From: a virus
Reading direction: 5' to 3' (one strand)
DNA length: 64,000 nucleotides
Virus record (IMG/VR): IMGVR_UViG_3300035117_000094
Location: 39,589-103,588 of that record
Shown here: positions 29,101 to 37,826 of the stretch, in pieces
Numbering within the stretch: the first letter of the stretch is position 1
Layout: every line of letters begins with the position of its first letter
Notes under the pieces: model-generated
Told to the model about the DNA's origin: nothing
Databases searched by the model: none
What the model saw: the letters and a program-made list of their open reading frames with translations, nothing else
Made by a program: the position numbers and the translations under genes

Positions 29101-32079
29101 CTGGCCGCCCGGGGTAGCGCCCGTCAGCGGGGACTTGCCGCCGTGGGCCGCGAGCAGCGCCCCGGCCGCGTTCTTCGTGCCCGAGTTGCCGAACCAGGAG
29201 TCCTGCCCGGCGCGGGAACTGTTGCTGGCGGAGCTGGTGCCCGAGTTGGCGACGCCCCCGGCCCCGGCGTAAATCCAGTAAGTGACGCCCGGCGTGACGC
29301 TGAAGACCTGGGCCGCGTACTCGCCTGCCCCGCCGCCGCCCGCGCCAGCCGCCCCGGCCGCGCCCGCGCCCCAGTCCTCAACCAGGACGCTGGTGACGCC
29401 GGCCGGGCACAGCCAGTGGGAGACTACGCCTGCCTTGGTGAAGCTGATGACGGTCGGGGAAAGCTGGGCCGGAGTGCCGCCAGCGCCTACTGACCAGGGG
29501 ACCTTGGTTCCCGGGGTGACGGCGAGGGAAGGCTCGGCCGCGTACTCCCCGCCTGCCCCGCCGCCGCCGATGGCCGCGCCGGAAGCGGCGAGCACCGTCA
29601 CCTGGGCTGCCGTCAGCGCCTCGTTCATGATGGCCGCGCCCTCGATCAGGCCCGCGAAGAAGTCGGAGGGGCCGTACGCGCCGTAACCGACGCTGACGAG
29701 GTTCTGGAAGCCGGGGGCGACGGCACCGGACAGGGAGGCCGTGGCGACGGACGCGCCGTCAAGGTACAGGGTGACGGTCGTGCCGTCGTAGGTAGCCGCG
29801 CCGTGGTGCCAGCCGCTGGACGGCAGCGTGGACCCGGCCGTAGCCACGGCGTTGGCCGTGCCGGACCCGAACGCGGCGACGAGCTGGTGAGAGCTGTTGG
29901 CGTACAGCTCGAACCCGGCCTTGTCAGTGCCGGAGTCGGTGTGGCTGCTGGCGATCAGCCGGCCCACGGGCGCCGTGCCGTTGCCGTTGAACCAGGCGGA
30001 GATCGTCATCGTCTTGGCCCCGTACGGGTTCACGGGGAAGGTGATGCCGGAGGTCGTGCCGTTGAACAGGGCGGAGTGCTGCCCGGCGAGGCCCGAGTTG
30101 TCCTGGCTGAAGGTGACGGCGGTGGCCGTGCCGTTGAACCCGTTGCCCGAGGCGTCATTGGCATTGGCGCTGAGCGGCGCGTACAGGACAGGGTTGTACT
30201 CCAGCACGAGAGCGCCGTAGGATCCCGTCGAGGCGCCTGCCCCGCCCCCGGCCCAGCATTCGGCCGCGACGTTATAGACGCCTCCCGGCACCGGCCACGT
30301 GCCCAGCCCGGCGGCGGTGAACTCCCGGGTGACGGGGACTGCCGCCGGGAGCTGTGCCTGGACGGAGATCGGCGCCCGGGCGGACCCGGGAAGGCCGAAC
30401 AGGTTGTAGACGGCCCCGCGCGGCGATGCGGGGTTGGTGATGGTCTGCGGCTGCGCCAGGACGCTGTTCAGCCAGCAGTGCATCCGCGCGTAGCCGGGCG
30501 TGGCGCTGGCCGCCGAGTTGGTGACCTGAAGCGCGTAGGACGCCACGGCAGCGTAATTGAACCGGGGGCTGTTCTGCGGGATGGCCGTGTTCAGCTGCGT
30601 CCAGTAAGGGTTGCGGATGTCGGTAGCCCAGCGGACGCCCTTCTGCACTGAGCTGAACCGCAGCTTGTTCCCGTGGTTGTCCGTGAGGGTCCAGTTGAGG
30701 GTGACGTTGGACTTGAACGCGGGCGTCGGCACCCACCGGCCGTCGTAGACCTGCCCGAACCATACCGACAGCGTGGGCAGCCCGGCGACGCTCACGCTGC
30801 CCGCCATCGAGGAGGCGTAGGCGGCGGCGGTGTACGGCAGCTTCACGGGCGACGGCGACTGGAACCTGACGGACGTGCCGCCGAGCGGGCTGTAGGTGAC
30901 GCTGTCCTGTGCCCAGTCCGGGTTGGCCCCGGCGTTGAAGCTGGTGAAGTTGTCCACCGTGACGGCACCGGGCAGCGACGGCCCGCTGACGAGGCCGTTG
31001 GTGAACAGGAGATCCTGCGCCCCGTCTACGTCAGACTTACCGTAGGGCAGCGCCTGGATGGTCAGGGTAATCAGGCCGATGGGGTAGTTCGCGTCGGCGG
31101 CCTCACTCTGCGTGGCCGACCCGCCGGCTGAGTAGTTGAACCCGTAGACGGGAACGCTCGGCAGTGCGCGGAAGCAGTCGAACAGCATGGGCAGGCCCGT
31201 GTCGGCCGAGGTCCACCTGATCGACCAGGACTGCTGGTCGATGATGGCCATCAGGTACTCACGGGCGGCGAGCACCTGCGCCATGCCGCCGGCCTCCGTG
31301 CCGAAGATCACGATCGGCAGCGACATCTGCCGGTTGCTCGCCCGGCTGCCGAAGGGCCGCTCGCCGTCGAGCAGCATCGAGGCGACGACGTCCTGCGTGG
31401 GCTGCGGGGCGTTCAGGTCGTAGCTGCCCTGGTAGCCGAGGGCGGCCGAGTTACCGGACGGGGGAGCGAGGAGCCGGAACCTCGGGCCGGCGCCGTTAGA
31501 GTCCAGCAGCGCGGGGATGGTGCACGGGACGCCGGGCGTGCCGCCCATCAGCTCTATCTGCCCGTCGAGCACGAGCGAGTCGAAGTCCCCCGGCAGGACC
31601 GGGTTGTAATTCCACGACAGCAGCGCGTTGCTCAGGGCCGACCACGGCCAGTAGTTCCAGGTGAAGGCGTAGTTGGCATTTACGGCGGTGCCGGTCTGGT
31701 CACTGACCAGCCCCTGGAAGACGGACAGGATGTTGCTCACGGCGGGCAGCCCGGCCTGCGTCACCGTGGCGACGGCGTACGAGGCCCCGGCAGGCGCTGT
31801 CACGGTGCCCGAGTTCGCCGTGTAGTTCTGGCCGCCCGTCATGTTCGTCACGGTGGCGCCGGCTGCCGCCGCCAGCTGGACCCCGACGCTGCTGAAGATG
31901 GCGAGGGTGATGCTCGCGCCGGGCGCGTAGGTCGCCGCGTACGAGAGGGTGGCGGTGAAGTTGTAAGTGCTGCCGACGACGACGGGGACCTGCTCGGACT
32001 GCATGCCCGCGTTCGAGGTCGAGCCGTTGTTCTGGATCTCGGTCCAGTAGGGCAGCTGACCGGGGCCAGAGTATGGCAT
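26143..32079 (-). CDS. giant minor tail protein (Dit-like with inserted LamG/Gly-rich domains)
   Basis: Follows tape measure; NRQMSLPIVI Dit-like segment; LamG WHHGAATYDG; C-terminal YAPRWY. Confidence 0.75.
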   Translation of the reverse strand: MPYSGPGQLPYWTEIQNNGSTSNAGMQSEQVPVVVGSTYNFTATLSYAATYAPGASITLAIFSSVGVQLAAAAGATVTNMTGGQNYTANSGTVTAPAGASYAVATVTQAGLPAVSNILSVFQGLVSDQTGTAVNANYAFTWNYWPWSALSNALLSWNYNPVLPGDFDSLVLDGQIELMGGTPGVPCTIPALLDSNGAGPRFRLLAPPSGNSAALGYQGSYDLNAPQPTQDVVASMLLDGERPFGSRASNRQMSLPIVIFGTEAGGMAQVLAAREYLMAIIDQQSWSIRWTSADTGLPMLFDCFRALPSVPVYGFNYSAGGSATQSEAADANYPIGLITLTIQALPYGKSDVDGAQDLLFTNGLVSGPSLPGAVTVDNFTSFNAGANPDWAQDSVTYSPLGGTSVRFQSPSPVKLPYTAAAYASSMAGSVSVAGLPTLSVWFGQVYDGRWVPTPAFKSNVTLNWTLTDNHGNKLRFSSVQKGVRWATDIRNPYWTQLNTAIPQNSPRFNYAAVASYALQVTNSAASATPGYARMHCWLNSVLAQPQTITNPASPRGAVYNLFGLPGSARAPISVQAQLPAAVPVTREFTAAGLGTWPVPGGVYNVAAECWAGGGAGASTGSYGALVLEYNPVLYAPLSANANDASGNGFNGTATAVTFSQDNSGLAGQHSALFNGTTSGITFPVNPYGAKTMTISAWFNGNGTAPVGRLIASSHTDSGTDKAGFELYANSSHQLVAAFGSGTANAVATAGSTLPSSGWHHGAATYDGTTVTLYLDGASVATASLSGAVAPGFQNLVSVGYGAYGPSDFFAGLIEGAAIMNEALTAAQVTVLAASGAAIGGGGAGGEYAAEPSLAVTPGTKVPWSVGAGGTPAQLSPTVISFTKAGVVSHWLCPAGVTSVLVEDWGAGAAGAAGAGGGGAGEYAAQVFSVTPGVTYWIYAGAGGVANSGTSSASNSSRAGQDSWFGNSGTKNAAGALLAAHGGKSPLTGATPGGQGGSGSTAPVHHNGGNGGASPGTGGGGGGGAGGNAGAGGNGGDSPATSAFGRLAGGGTGGTGSPEGNSSGGNGGNGSPAPGFPARGLAPGGGGGGGYSGPVIFRTIQPAGGPLVPDGNYLGADGADGEVQLSYSVSNGAAVNGGTTSFGSAGTTGTTVTAHGGASAAANSEAATTGGAGSSNTVHSPGGIGGLYTSGPQGSWYTSPFTARTSTAFAFQLGGSGTYVTASGTSSTAAASCAQGVSVVLVRSRAAVSDLTVTDTSGNLYTLAAQQAGGSAHNGITTYAFTANIANPVTTATTITITSGTAQAYGYLWYTSPTLSTGVSAPNQSSNAGTGSTITGTFGAGDQQSMQYELIVMSNDAGATPSGGQPSNNNTMWFAPNATSSATDSAGIIQAFVALNQGGGTALQGAAGDAFSCGMSASSNWSLLCVPLVAAAQDATAVKLARVNGTTPGASTNWANGGAISANGTIAVMGISLSAAPTGIVDVSGNAYAQRSNVQTAGFNAHQWIFTAPVTAALPQGSNGTVHWGGASASPQYMYDVYWLPNATGLDSALVTSVTGTGTAVSGSYQPFAANDQIMAMASNFLPSAGVHLTPAGSRPGAPWNYVDFDNAQANLSTDLFLAQGTDNQALSVTGAYPSAVNWALSMVGFTQAPLGNGGGAAGGASGTGYPAMSSLGAPGYAGGAHGGNGAQAASAPGGNGALPGGGGGGAYSSVFSTSTFNGGAGGQGLIRITWQPPLTPFNTLILHRPGETAPPNFSPLVPIPVTDIPNNTEYTIAVPSQVPYLNAEFDGTYTVLAAAYAWNAATAGSVRTLTVSINQYEYPGGPRYSVQASRAVTPAIDVVNGIVNLGEVTLPLKDYAAHNDQSYFTVSISDSDQGDSFQDVLFLDTRGQTVLINIAPGTPGYGQYVSYYVDEPPADRAMGFVGATTGGRQRQVSVLEYAMPSGGPLYIMPGDNLLLAYSPAGAPNIGVRYAPRWYLDRTQ

Positions 32080-32125
32080 GCGCGGGCCTCCGTGAGTTGG
32101 CGTTCAGGGCCAGCTTACCGGGAAG

Positions 32126-32151
32126 GGAATAGCCAGGCGATAGCCCGCGCT
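32126..32151 (+). promoter_or_regulatory. sigmaR/SigH-type promoter antisense to tape measure
   Basis: GGAAT-N18-GCT in intergenic gap. Confidence 0.45.
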
Positions 32152-32160
32152 ATAGCAGGG

Positions 32161-35100
32161 TTAGCCCCCGGTGGCGAAGAACGCGTGCCGGGTACCCGAG
32201 GCGAGGCTGCCGTTGATCACGGTGCCAAGGGCGTGAGGCTGCTGCTGCATCAGCCTGACGAGCTGCTGGAGGAGCTGGATGAGCAGCGTGCCCTGAACCT
32301 GGGTTACCGGCTGGGACTGCGGGCCGCTGACAGCGCTGTCAGCCGGGGCCAGCAGCGGGTTGAGGGAGTTCGCGCCGAAGCTGAACACGGAACCCGCCAG
32401 CAGCGCGCTCAGCGTCTGCGAGGCACCGGTAGTGCGCAGGGAGCTGACTGAGCCGCCGCCCTGTAGGCCGGGCACGCCCGCGCGCTTGGCCATGTCCTTG
32501 AACGCGGGCGCGTGGCTCGTCGGGATCACCAGCTCTCCCGGTGCCAGGGCGCGCAGCGTGGAGTCCTGCCCGGACGGCCCGCTGCCGCGCACGATGTAGG
32601 CGCCCGCTGCGTGATGGGGGAACAGGCCCGGCGCCGACACGCCCGGGATAGGCCCCTGCACGGTGCCGGGGATGCTTATCATCTCCTGGATGCGCACCGT
32701 GTAAGTCTGGGCCGTGAGCGCCTGGATGGCTGCCGCTGCGGCATCGGCCTTCTGCTGGAGCTGGTCTAGCTGGGCGTTGACTGCCGCGAGGGCGCCCGGG
32801 GCCACGCCGAGCTTCTGGAGCAGCGCGTCCGTCATCGCCTTGGCCTGGTCAGTGCCGATGCCCGCCGACACCATCGCCTGGTAGTACTGCCCTGCCAGCG
32901 TGGTCGCCAGCCCGGTCAGCTTGCCGTGCGTCTTGCCCAGCGTGTTGATCAGGTTGTTCTGGATCGCGTTGAACCGGCTGCTGGACAGGATCGCCTGCGC
33001 CTGTGACTGGGTGACGTCCTGCACCAGGGCGTTGCCGAGGTTCCTGGCCGCCTTGGACAGCTCGGCGGCGGTCCGGGCGAGGGCCTGCTGCTGCTTGTCC
33101 AGGTCAGCGGTAGCGTTCTTCGCGTTGCCGACCCACTTGGCCAGCGCGGCGAAGCTGTTGGCGCCACGGTACCCGGCCACCTGGGCAAGCCCGTACAGTG
33201 ACGTGGTCGCGTGAGCCGACCCCTTGGCGAACGGCAGCAGCGTGGCGATGATGTCGCGGCCGGCCTGGTTCAGGTGCTGCTGCGAGGCAGCGGTGTTCCC
33301 CGAGGCCGCCGCCAGCATCTGGAGGCTGCCGTACAGGGTGCCGGCGGCGGTTATCTGGGAGGTGAACGCCTGCCGGACTGCCAGGGCCGCCTGCGAGGTG
33401 CCGTTCATGGCCGCGCCGGTAGCGTCGTACTTCTGCTTCAGGCCGCCGACCTTGACGGTGAAGTTCGTGGCGGAGTTAGCGCCGTTCTTCAGCGTGTCGG
33501 CCAGCGTCTGGTTGCCCTGGATGAACGCAGTGAACGCCGCCTCGCCGCCCGTGATGATGCCGAGCCAGTTCTGCTCGGCGGACGTGAGCGTCTGCACGGC
33601 CTGCGCGGTGGTCCCGGTGGAGATGTTCAGCGTGTCAAGCTGGTTGCCCAGGGTGCCCGCCTGCTGGCCGATGAACCCGTAGGCCGCCGCCGTCGCCAGG
33701 AGCTTCTGCTGGTCCAGCGCCCACGCCTGCGCGTTGGCCGTCGCGATGTCGCCCTGCTTCACCCCGGCCAGGTTGAACAGCTGGAGCAGGCTGGCGGTGT
33801 CCCCGTAGGACTTGCCGAGGGAGTTCAGCCGCAGCGCGGCGGTGGCCGACTGGTCAGCGTACTGCTGGAGGGCCGCCGTGTTCGCCTGGATCTGGCCCTT
33901 CTGCTGGCCGATGGCGTGCGAGACGCCAGCCGAGGTGTAGCGGTTGCTGTCACGGGTGAGCTGCGTGATGGCTACCCGCTCGCCCTGGATAGCCGCCGTG
34001 GTGGCCTTCATGGCGGCGGCGACGCTGAACTGCACGTTGATGATGCTCGACGCCGATATAGTCTTCTCCAGCTGCGCGTTCAGCTGCGCGGCGGCGTCCG
34101 TGGAACTCCTGAACGCGAGGAACAGCACCCCGCCGATGGCCACGGCGGCGACGCCCGCCGCAAGCCCGGCCGGCCCGAACGGGATGGCGCCGAGGGCGTC
34201 CCGGAATACGGCGGTGGCGCCTGCGGCGACGCCCTCGGCCTTGGTGATGTAGAGGATGTCAGCGCCCCACGCGACGGCGGCCTTGCCCGCGCTGACCAGT
34301 GCCCCGGCCGCGCTGCCGACAGCGGCGCCCCACGCGGAGATCTTCCCGCTGGTGGCCACGGCTGCCTCGCCAGCCGCCACGGCACGGAACGCCGTCACCG
34401 CCGCGCGGCTGAACGTGCCGAGGATGGTGGCGGCCAGGCCCAGGTAGAAGATGGCGCCGTGAATGGCCAGGAACTTGGCGATGATCGGCTGCGCGGCCTG
34501 GATGACGTCAGCCGAGACGGTCAGCGCGGCAGTGCCCAGCTTCAGCAGGATCTCCGCGTACCCGGGCACGGACTTCAGCAGCGTGTTAACGATGCGGCCT
34601 ACCTGCTGGAAGGACTGCCCGAGCAGGTTGATGTCGCCGGCTGCCTTGTTCAGGAACGTGCCGCCCGTATTGGAGTTGAGCGCTACGACGGCCTTGGCCG
34701 CGAAGTTGTCCAGCACGCCGCCGATGTTCTTCAGCACGGTCGCGAAGTGACTGCCCTTGTTGCTGCTGATCGTCAGCCAGTCGCCCCAGAGCTGGAGCGC
34801 CTGCGGCTTGACTGCTACTGACAGCTTGTTCATGCCCGCGTTCACGTGGTCGAAGCTCTGCCCCGCTGCGGTAACTTCGGTGCGCACGTTCTTGAACTGC
34901 GCGTAAACGTCCCTGGCGATCGGGTACGCGGCTAGGCCGAACGCCGTGAGGCCGATGATGGCCGGACCCCAGACGGCGGTGAACTCAATGACGGCCTCGG
35001 CTACGAGGTGGAAGCCTGAGGCGGTGGTGATGAAGTTCTTGCCGAGGTTCGCCAGTCCCTTGTCCAGGATGTCCGCGTCCTTGGCGTACTGCATGGACGT

Positions 35101-35478
35101 GGCGAACAGCGGGATGTGCGTGTTCTGTATGGCGGCCAGCGCCCGGCCGAAGATGCCGAACCCCTTCGCCGCCCGCGTGGCGGAGGCGCCTGACTGGTCA
35201 GCGGCGCCGCTCAGGCCGTTGAGGGCGCTGGTGGCGTTACGGGCGGCGGCAGCCACGCCGGCCGTGCCGGAGGCGTTAGCGCTGACGTTGACCTTGCCGC
35301 CCTTGGCCAGCGCGTTAAGGGCCTTGATCTTGGCAGCGGCCCCGGCCGTGTTCGCGCCGATGTTGATGCTCGGGTTGATCCCCGTCAGCGCGGCCCGGAT
35401 CTTGGTGTTGGCCTGGCGCTCGAACTTGGTGGTGTCCGGGAGGATGGCTACGTAAGCCTCGCCGATGAGCCGTGGCAC
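32161..35478 (-). CDS. tape measure protein
   Basis: 1105 aa Ala-rich helical, IGEAYVAILPD N-terminus, downstream of tail chaperones. Confidence 0.92.
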   Translation of the reverse strand: MPRLIGEAYVAILPDTTKFERQANTKIRAALTGINPSINIGANTAGAAAKIKALNALAKGGKVNVSANASGTAGVAAAARNATSALNGLSGAADQSGASATRAAKGFGIFGRALAAIQNTHIPLFATSMQYAKDADILDKGLANLGKNFITTASGFHLVAEAVIEFTAVWGPAIIGLTAFGLAAYPIARDVYAQFKNVRTEVTAAGQSFDHVNAGMNKLSVAVKPQALQLWGDWLTISSNKGSHFATVLKNIGGVLDNFAAKAVVALNSNTGGTFLNKAAGDINLLGQSFQQVGRIVNTLLKSVPGYAEILLKLGTAALTVSADVIQAAQPIIAKFLAIHGAIFYLGLAATILGTFSRAAVTAFRAVAAGEAAVATSGKISAWGAAVGSAAGALVSAGKAAVAWGADILYITKAEGVAAGATAVFRDALGAIPFGPAGLAAGVAAVAIGGVLFLAFRSSTDAAAQLNAQLEKTISASSIINVQFSVAAAMKATTAAIQGERVAITQLTRDSNRYTSAGVSHAIGQQKGQIQANTAALQQYADQSATAALRLNSLGKSYGDTASLLQLFNLAGVKQGDIATANAQAWALDQQKLLATAAAYGFIGQQAGTLGNQLDTLNISTGTTAQAVQTLTSAEQNWLGIITGGEAAFTAFIQGNQTLADTLKNGANSATNFTVKVGGLKQKYDATGAAMNGTSQAALAVRQAFTSQITAAGTLYGSLQMLAAASGNTAASQQHLNQAGRDIIATLLPFAKGSAHATTSLYGLAQVAGYRGANSFAALAKWVGNAKNATADLDKQQQALARTAAELSKAARNLGNALVQDVTQSQAQAILSSSRFNAIQNNLINTLGKTHGKLTGLATTLAGQYYQAMVSAGIGTDQAKAMTDALLQKLGVAPGALAAVNAQLDQLQQKADAAAAAIQALTAQTYTVRIQEMISIPGTVQGPIPGVSAPGLFPHHAAGAYIVRGSGPSGQDSTLRALAPGELVIPTSHAPAFKDMAKRAGVPGLQGGGSVSSLRTTGASQTLSALLAGSVFSFGANSLNPLLAPADSAVSGPQSQPVTQVQGTLLIQLLQQLVRLMQQQPHALGTVINGSLASGTRHAFFATGG

Positions 35479-35542
35479 CGGGCATCCTCCTCTTGCGCTG
35501 GACCGTCAATCCAGCCTAACGACTGCGATCCTGATTGCACAG

Positions 35543-35899
35543 TCAGACGCTGGCCGCGCTGAGCGCCATGCTCAGGAAGGGCTTGCGGTCTCGGGCGCCC
35601 TCCAGCCAGACAGTCGGGGCGTAGGGCGCGTTGGTGCCCGCGAACAGGTGGCCCGCCCCGTCGATGGAGGCCATGTGCACGTGCGTCCGGCTCTTGGTGA
35701 ACCCGCCCGCCCAGGGCATGTAGGACGTAGAGCCGTGCAGGCTCCAGGAGTAGGATTTCGGACCCTGCACGGGGGCGAATCCCTTAGCCCGGGCCGTCAT
35801 GCGCACGGCAAGCTCGTCCAGCAGCCCGCCGACAGGGCCGTCCGGGTCGTGGAGCAGGTCCTCGATGGCGAAGCCGTAGAGGTTGAGCAGGAAGGCCAT
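35543..35899 (-). CDS. HK97-gp10-like tail/neck protein
   Basis: AKGFAPV...GTNAPYA...KPFLSMAL. Confidence 0.65.
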   Translation of the reverse strand: MAFLLNLYGFAIEDLLHDPDGPVGGLLDELAVRMTARAKGFAPVQGPKSYSWSLHGSTSYMPWAGGFTKSRTHVHMASIDGAGHLFAGTNAPYAPTVWLEGARDRKPFLSMALSAASV

Positions 35900-35901
35900 G
35901 A

Positions 35902-36336
35902 CTACACCTTACGCGTCAGCTTCCGGTTAAGGTCGTCCATGGACTTGTACTCCACGTCCTGGTCCCACCAGCGGTCAGCCTGCTTCCCGGTAACCGGCGT
36001 GTCGTCCCACTCCTTGCCCTGCTGCCTCATCCACTCCTTGTGCATGGCGAGGGCCAGCTCCTCCGCGTTAGCGCCGCCGCGCAGGCCGATGGACTCCTCG
36101 AACGCGCGGATCTCGTCGCCGAGAGGGTCCTGCGCCTCGAACTTCTCGCCCCTGGACACGCGGGCGCGGAAGGTCAGCACCATCTCGTCGTAGACCAGCG
36201 AGTAGGCGATGTTGCAGAGCTGCCGGATCGTGAATCCCTCGACCCCGCGCCCCGTCTGCCGGAGCTGCTGCCCGTCAATCCTCCGCAGGTTCGCCAGGAA
36301 GTACCTGCTGAGGAAGCGGACTACTCGGTAGGGTTT
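35902..36336 (-). CDS. tail assembly chaperone frameshifted extension (gpT-like)
   Basis: -1 frame open from the slippery site to 35902. Confidence 0.7.
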   Translation of the reverse strand, partial: KPYRVVRFLSRYFLANLRRIDGQQLRQTGRGVEGFTIRQLCNIAYSLVYDEMVLTFRARVSRGEKFEAQDPLGDEIRAFEESIGLRGGANAEELALAMHKEWMRQQGKEWDDTPVTGKQADRWWDQDVEYKSMDDLNRKLTRKV

Positions 36337-36761
36337 CCGCTCAGCGCCTCGAAGGACGCGTTCTGGAAGTCCACCAGCTCCTTGAACCCCACGTTGTGGT
36401 CCCGGGCGTACTTCTTGAACTCGGGGAACTGCTCGCGGTCTACGACAGCCTCCAGGACGTGGTAGGCCGCCCGCAGGTTCTCGAAGGCGCTGTTATCGCC
36501 GCTGCCGTCCCCTGCCGCCGCCCACTCCATGAGCGCCATCGCGCCCACGTCGTCGGCCATCCGGAACTCCTCGCGGCCCGTCTCCTTGCCTTCCTTGTCC
36601 AGGGTGATGAGCGGGACGTAGATGCCGGGCTTGCGCGCCGGCGGCGCCTTCTCCCCGCCCTGCTGGCCCGGGGGAAGCTGCGCTCCCTGCTCGGTGGCGG
36701 CGGCCTGGATCCGCGCAAGCTCGCGGTCGTCCTCGATGTCGGTGGCGGGGGCGTCAGTCAT
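36321..36761 (-). CDS. tail assembly chaperone (gpG-like)
   Basis: Between tail tube and tape measure; ends SGNPTE; AGGAG SD. Confidence 0.8.
   Translation of the reverse strand: MTDAPATDIEDDRELARIQAAATEQGAQLPPGQQGGEKAPPARKPGIYVPLITLDKEGKETGREEFRMADDVGAMALMEWAAAGDGSGDNSAFENLRAAYHVLEAVVDREQFPEFKKYARDHNVGFKELVDFQNASFEALSGNPTE
36330..36336 (-). other. -1 programmed frameshift slippery heptamer A AAC CCT
   Basis: X XXY YYZ in correct phase just before chaperone stop. Confidence 0.75.
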
Positions 36762-36836
36762 GGCTGCTCCTGGTAAGCGCGATACGGTGTCAGGTGTCAT
36801 CCTAGCCGGCCGGCCGGGCGTGTAAAGGCACGCTGA

Positions 36837-36864
36837 AGGGGCGGTCGCCGTGACGACCGCCCCT
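36837..36864 (-). terminator. hairpin terminator after tail tube gene
   Basis: AGGGGCGGTCG...CGACCGCCCCT inverted repeat. Confidence 0.7.
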
Positions 36865-36876
36865 CCCGCTCCGGGC

Positions 36877-37341
36877 TTAGGTGCCGGAGATGCCCGCTGC
36901 CGGGTACCGCTGGACCTGCGCTGCCGCGTTCCAGCTCGACTTCATCGTGACCGCGCTGGCCACGCCACCGGAGGCGGCGTAGTCAGGGAGGATCAAGCCG
37001 AAGAAGTACTCTCCGGAGCTGATCGTCGCGTTGCCGGGGCCGCCGTTCACGGCGACGAGCGTCGGGTACAGGTACATCGCCCGTGGCTGGCCGTCTACGG
37101 CTGCCTGGTACGTCTGGGCAGACGCGGTGTCCATGAACCCGGTGAAGTCGCCGCTCGCATCGGGCAGGCCGGCCACCCAGATGAGGTTGGTGTCGCCGAG
37201 GGCGGTCACGTCCACCTTGGCAACCGTGAAGTTTATTGTCCAGTCCGAGACGAAAGACATGGGCGTCGCCGGGTTGGCGCCGTTGTTCCATGGCTGGACG
37301 CTCAGGTAGACCATGCCGTTGCGACCGTGTATCCGGCCCAT
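36877..37341 (-). CDS. major tail (tube) protein
   Basis: MGRIHGRNG..., DWTINF...VDVTALGD...GLPDASG. Confidence 0.85.
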   Translation of the reverse strand: MGRIHGRNGMVYLSVQPWNNGANPATPMSFVSDWTINFTVAKVDVTALGDTNLIWVAGLPDASGDFTGFMDTASAQTYQAAVDGQPRAMYLYPTLVAVNGGPGNATISSGEYFFGLILPDYAASGGVASAVTMKSSWNAAAQVQRYPAAGISGT

Positions 37342-37385
37342 TGCGTGTAGTCACCCTCTCGCGAAGAGATTCCAGGATGACCAGA

Positions 37386-37424
37386 CGGCTCCGTACGCGG
37401 CTCTTTCCGCGCGCCGGCCTCGGC
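37386..37424 (-). promoter_or_regulatory. conserved structured leader motif (tail tube copy)
   Basis: GCCGAGGCCGGCG-N19-GGAGCCG shared with capsid leader. Confidence 0.6.
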
Positions 37425-37478
37425 TGCTCCTTTTTAGTGTAGGGTGCGCTCTCGGCAACAGGAAAGCGGCAAGAGATC

Positions 37479-37826
37479 CTATACGGCAGCGCCCGCGCTG
37501 TCCACGGGTCCGAGGCCGCGCGCTATGATGGCCTGCACCAGGGCCTGCGCCGTGACCTCGTCAAGGGCGGCGAGGTACCCGTCAGGGTCGATGACGCCTG
37601 CTACCAGGTCCGCTTCAACGAGTGCCAGGTACACGTCAGCCTGCCACCCGGAGTAGCCGAACGGCCTCTTGGCGCTGAACTTCTCGCCCCGGCGCCACAG
37701 TGTGGCGAACAGCGCCCGCAAGTACGCGCCGACCGTCTCGCCATCGGACTCCCCCGTGACGGGCCGTCCTTCCGGGACGCGGATCCTCGCCGCCGCAGCG
37801 GCCCGCACCATCTCGTCGCTGATCAT
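37479..37826 (-). CDS. hypothetical protein
   Basis: ATGA overlap; FSAKRPFGYSGW. Confidence 0.65.
   Translation of the reverse strand: MISDEMVRAAAAARIRVPEGRPVTGESDGETVGAYLRALFATLWRRGEKFSAKRPFGYSGWQADVYLALVEADLVAGVIDPDGYLAALDEVTAQALVQAIIARGLGPVDSAGAAV

Noticed and set aside
23194-32079. PE-PGRS-like or collagen repeats
   Set aside because: No PE domain or strict Gly-X-Y period; these are Gly-rich tail modules
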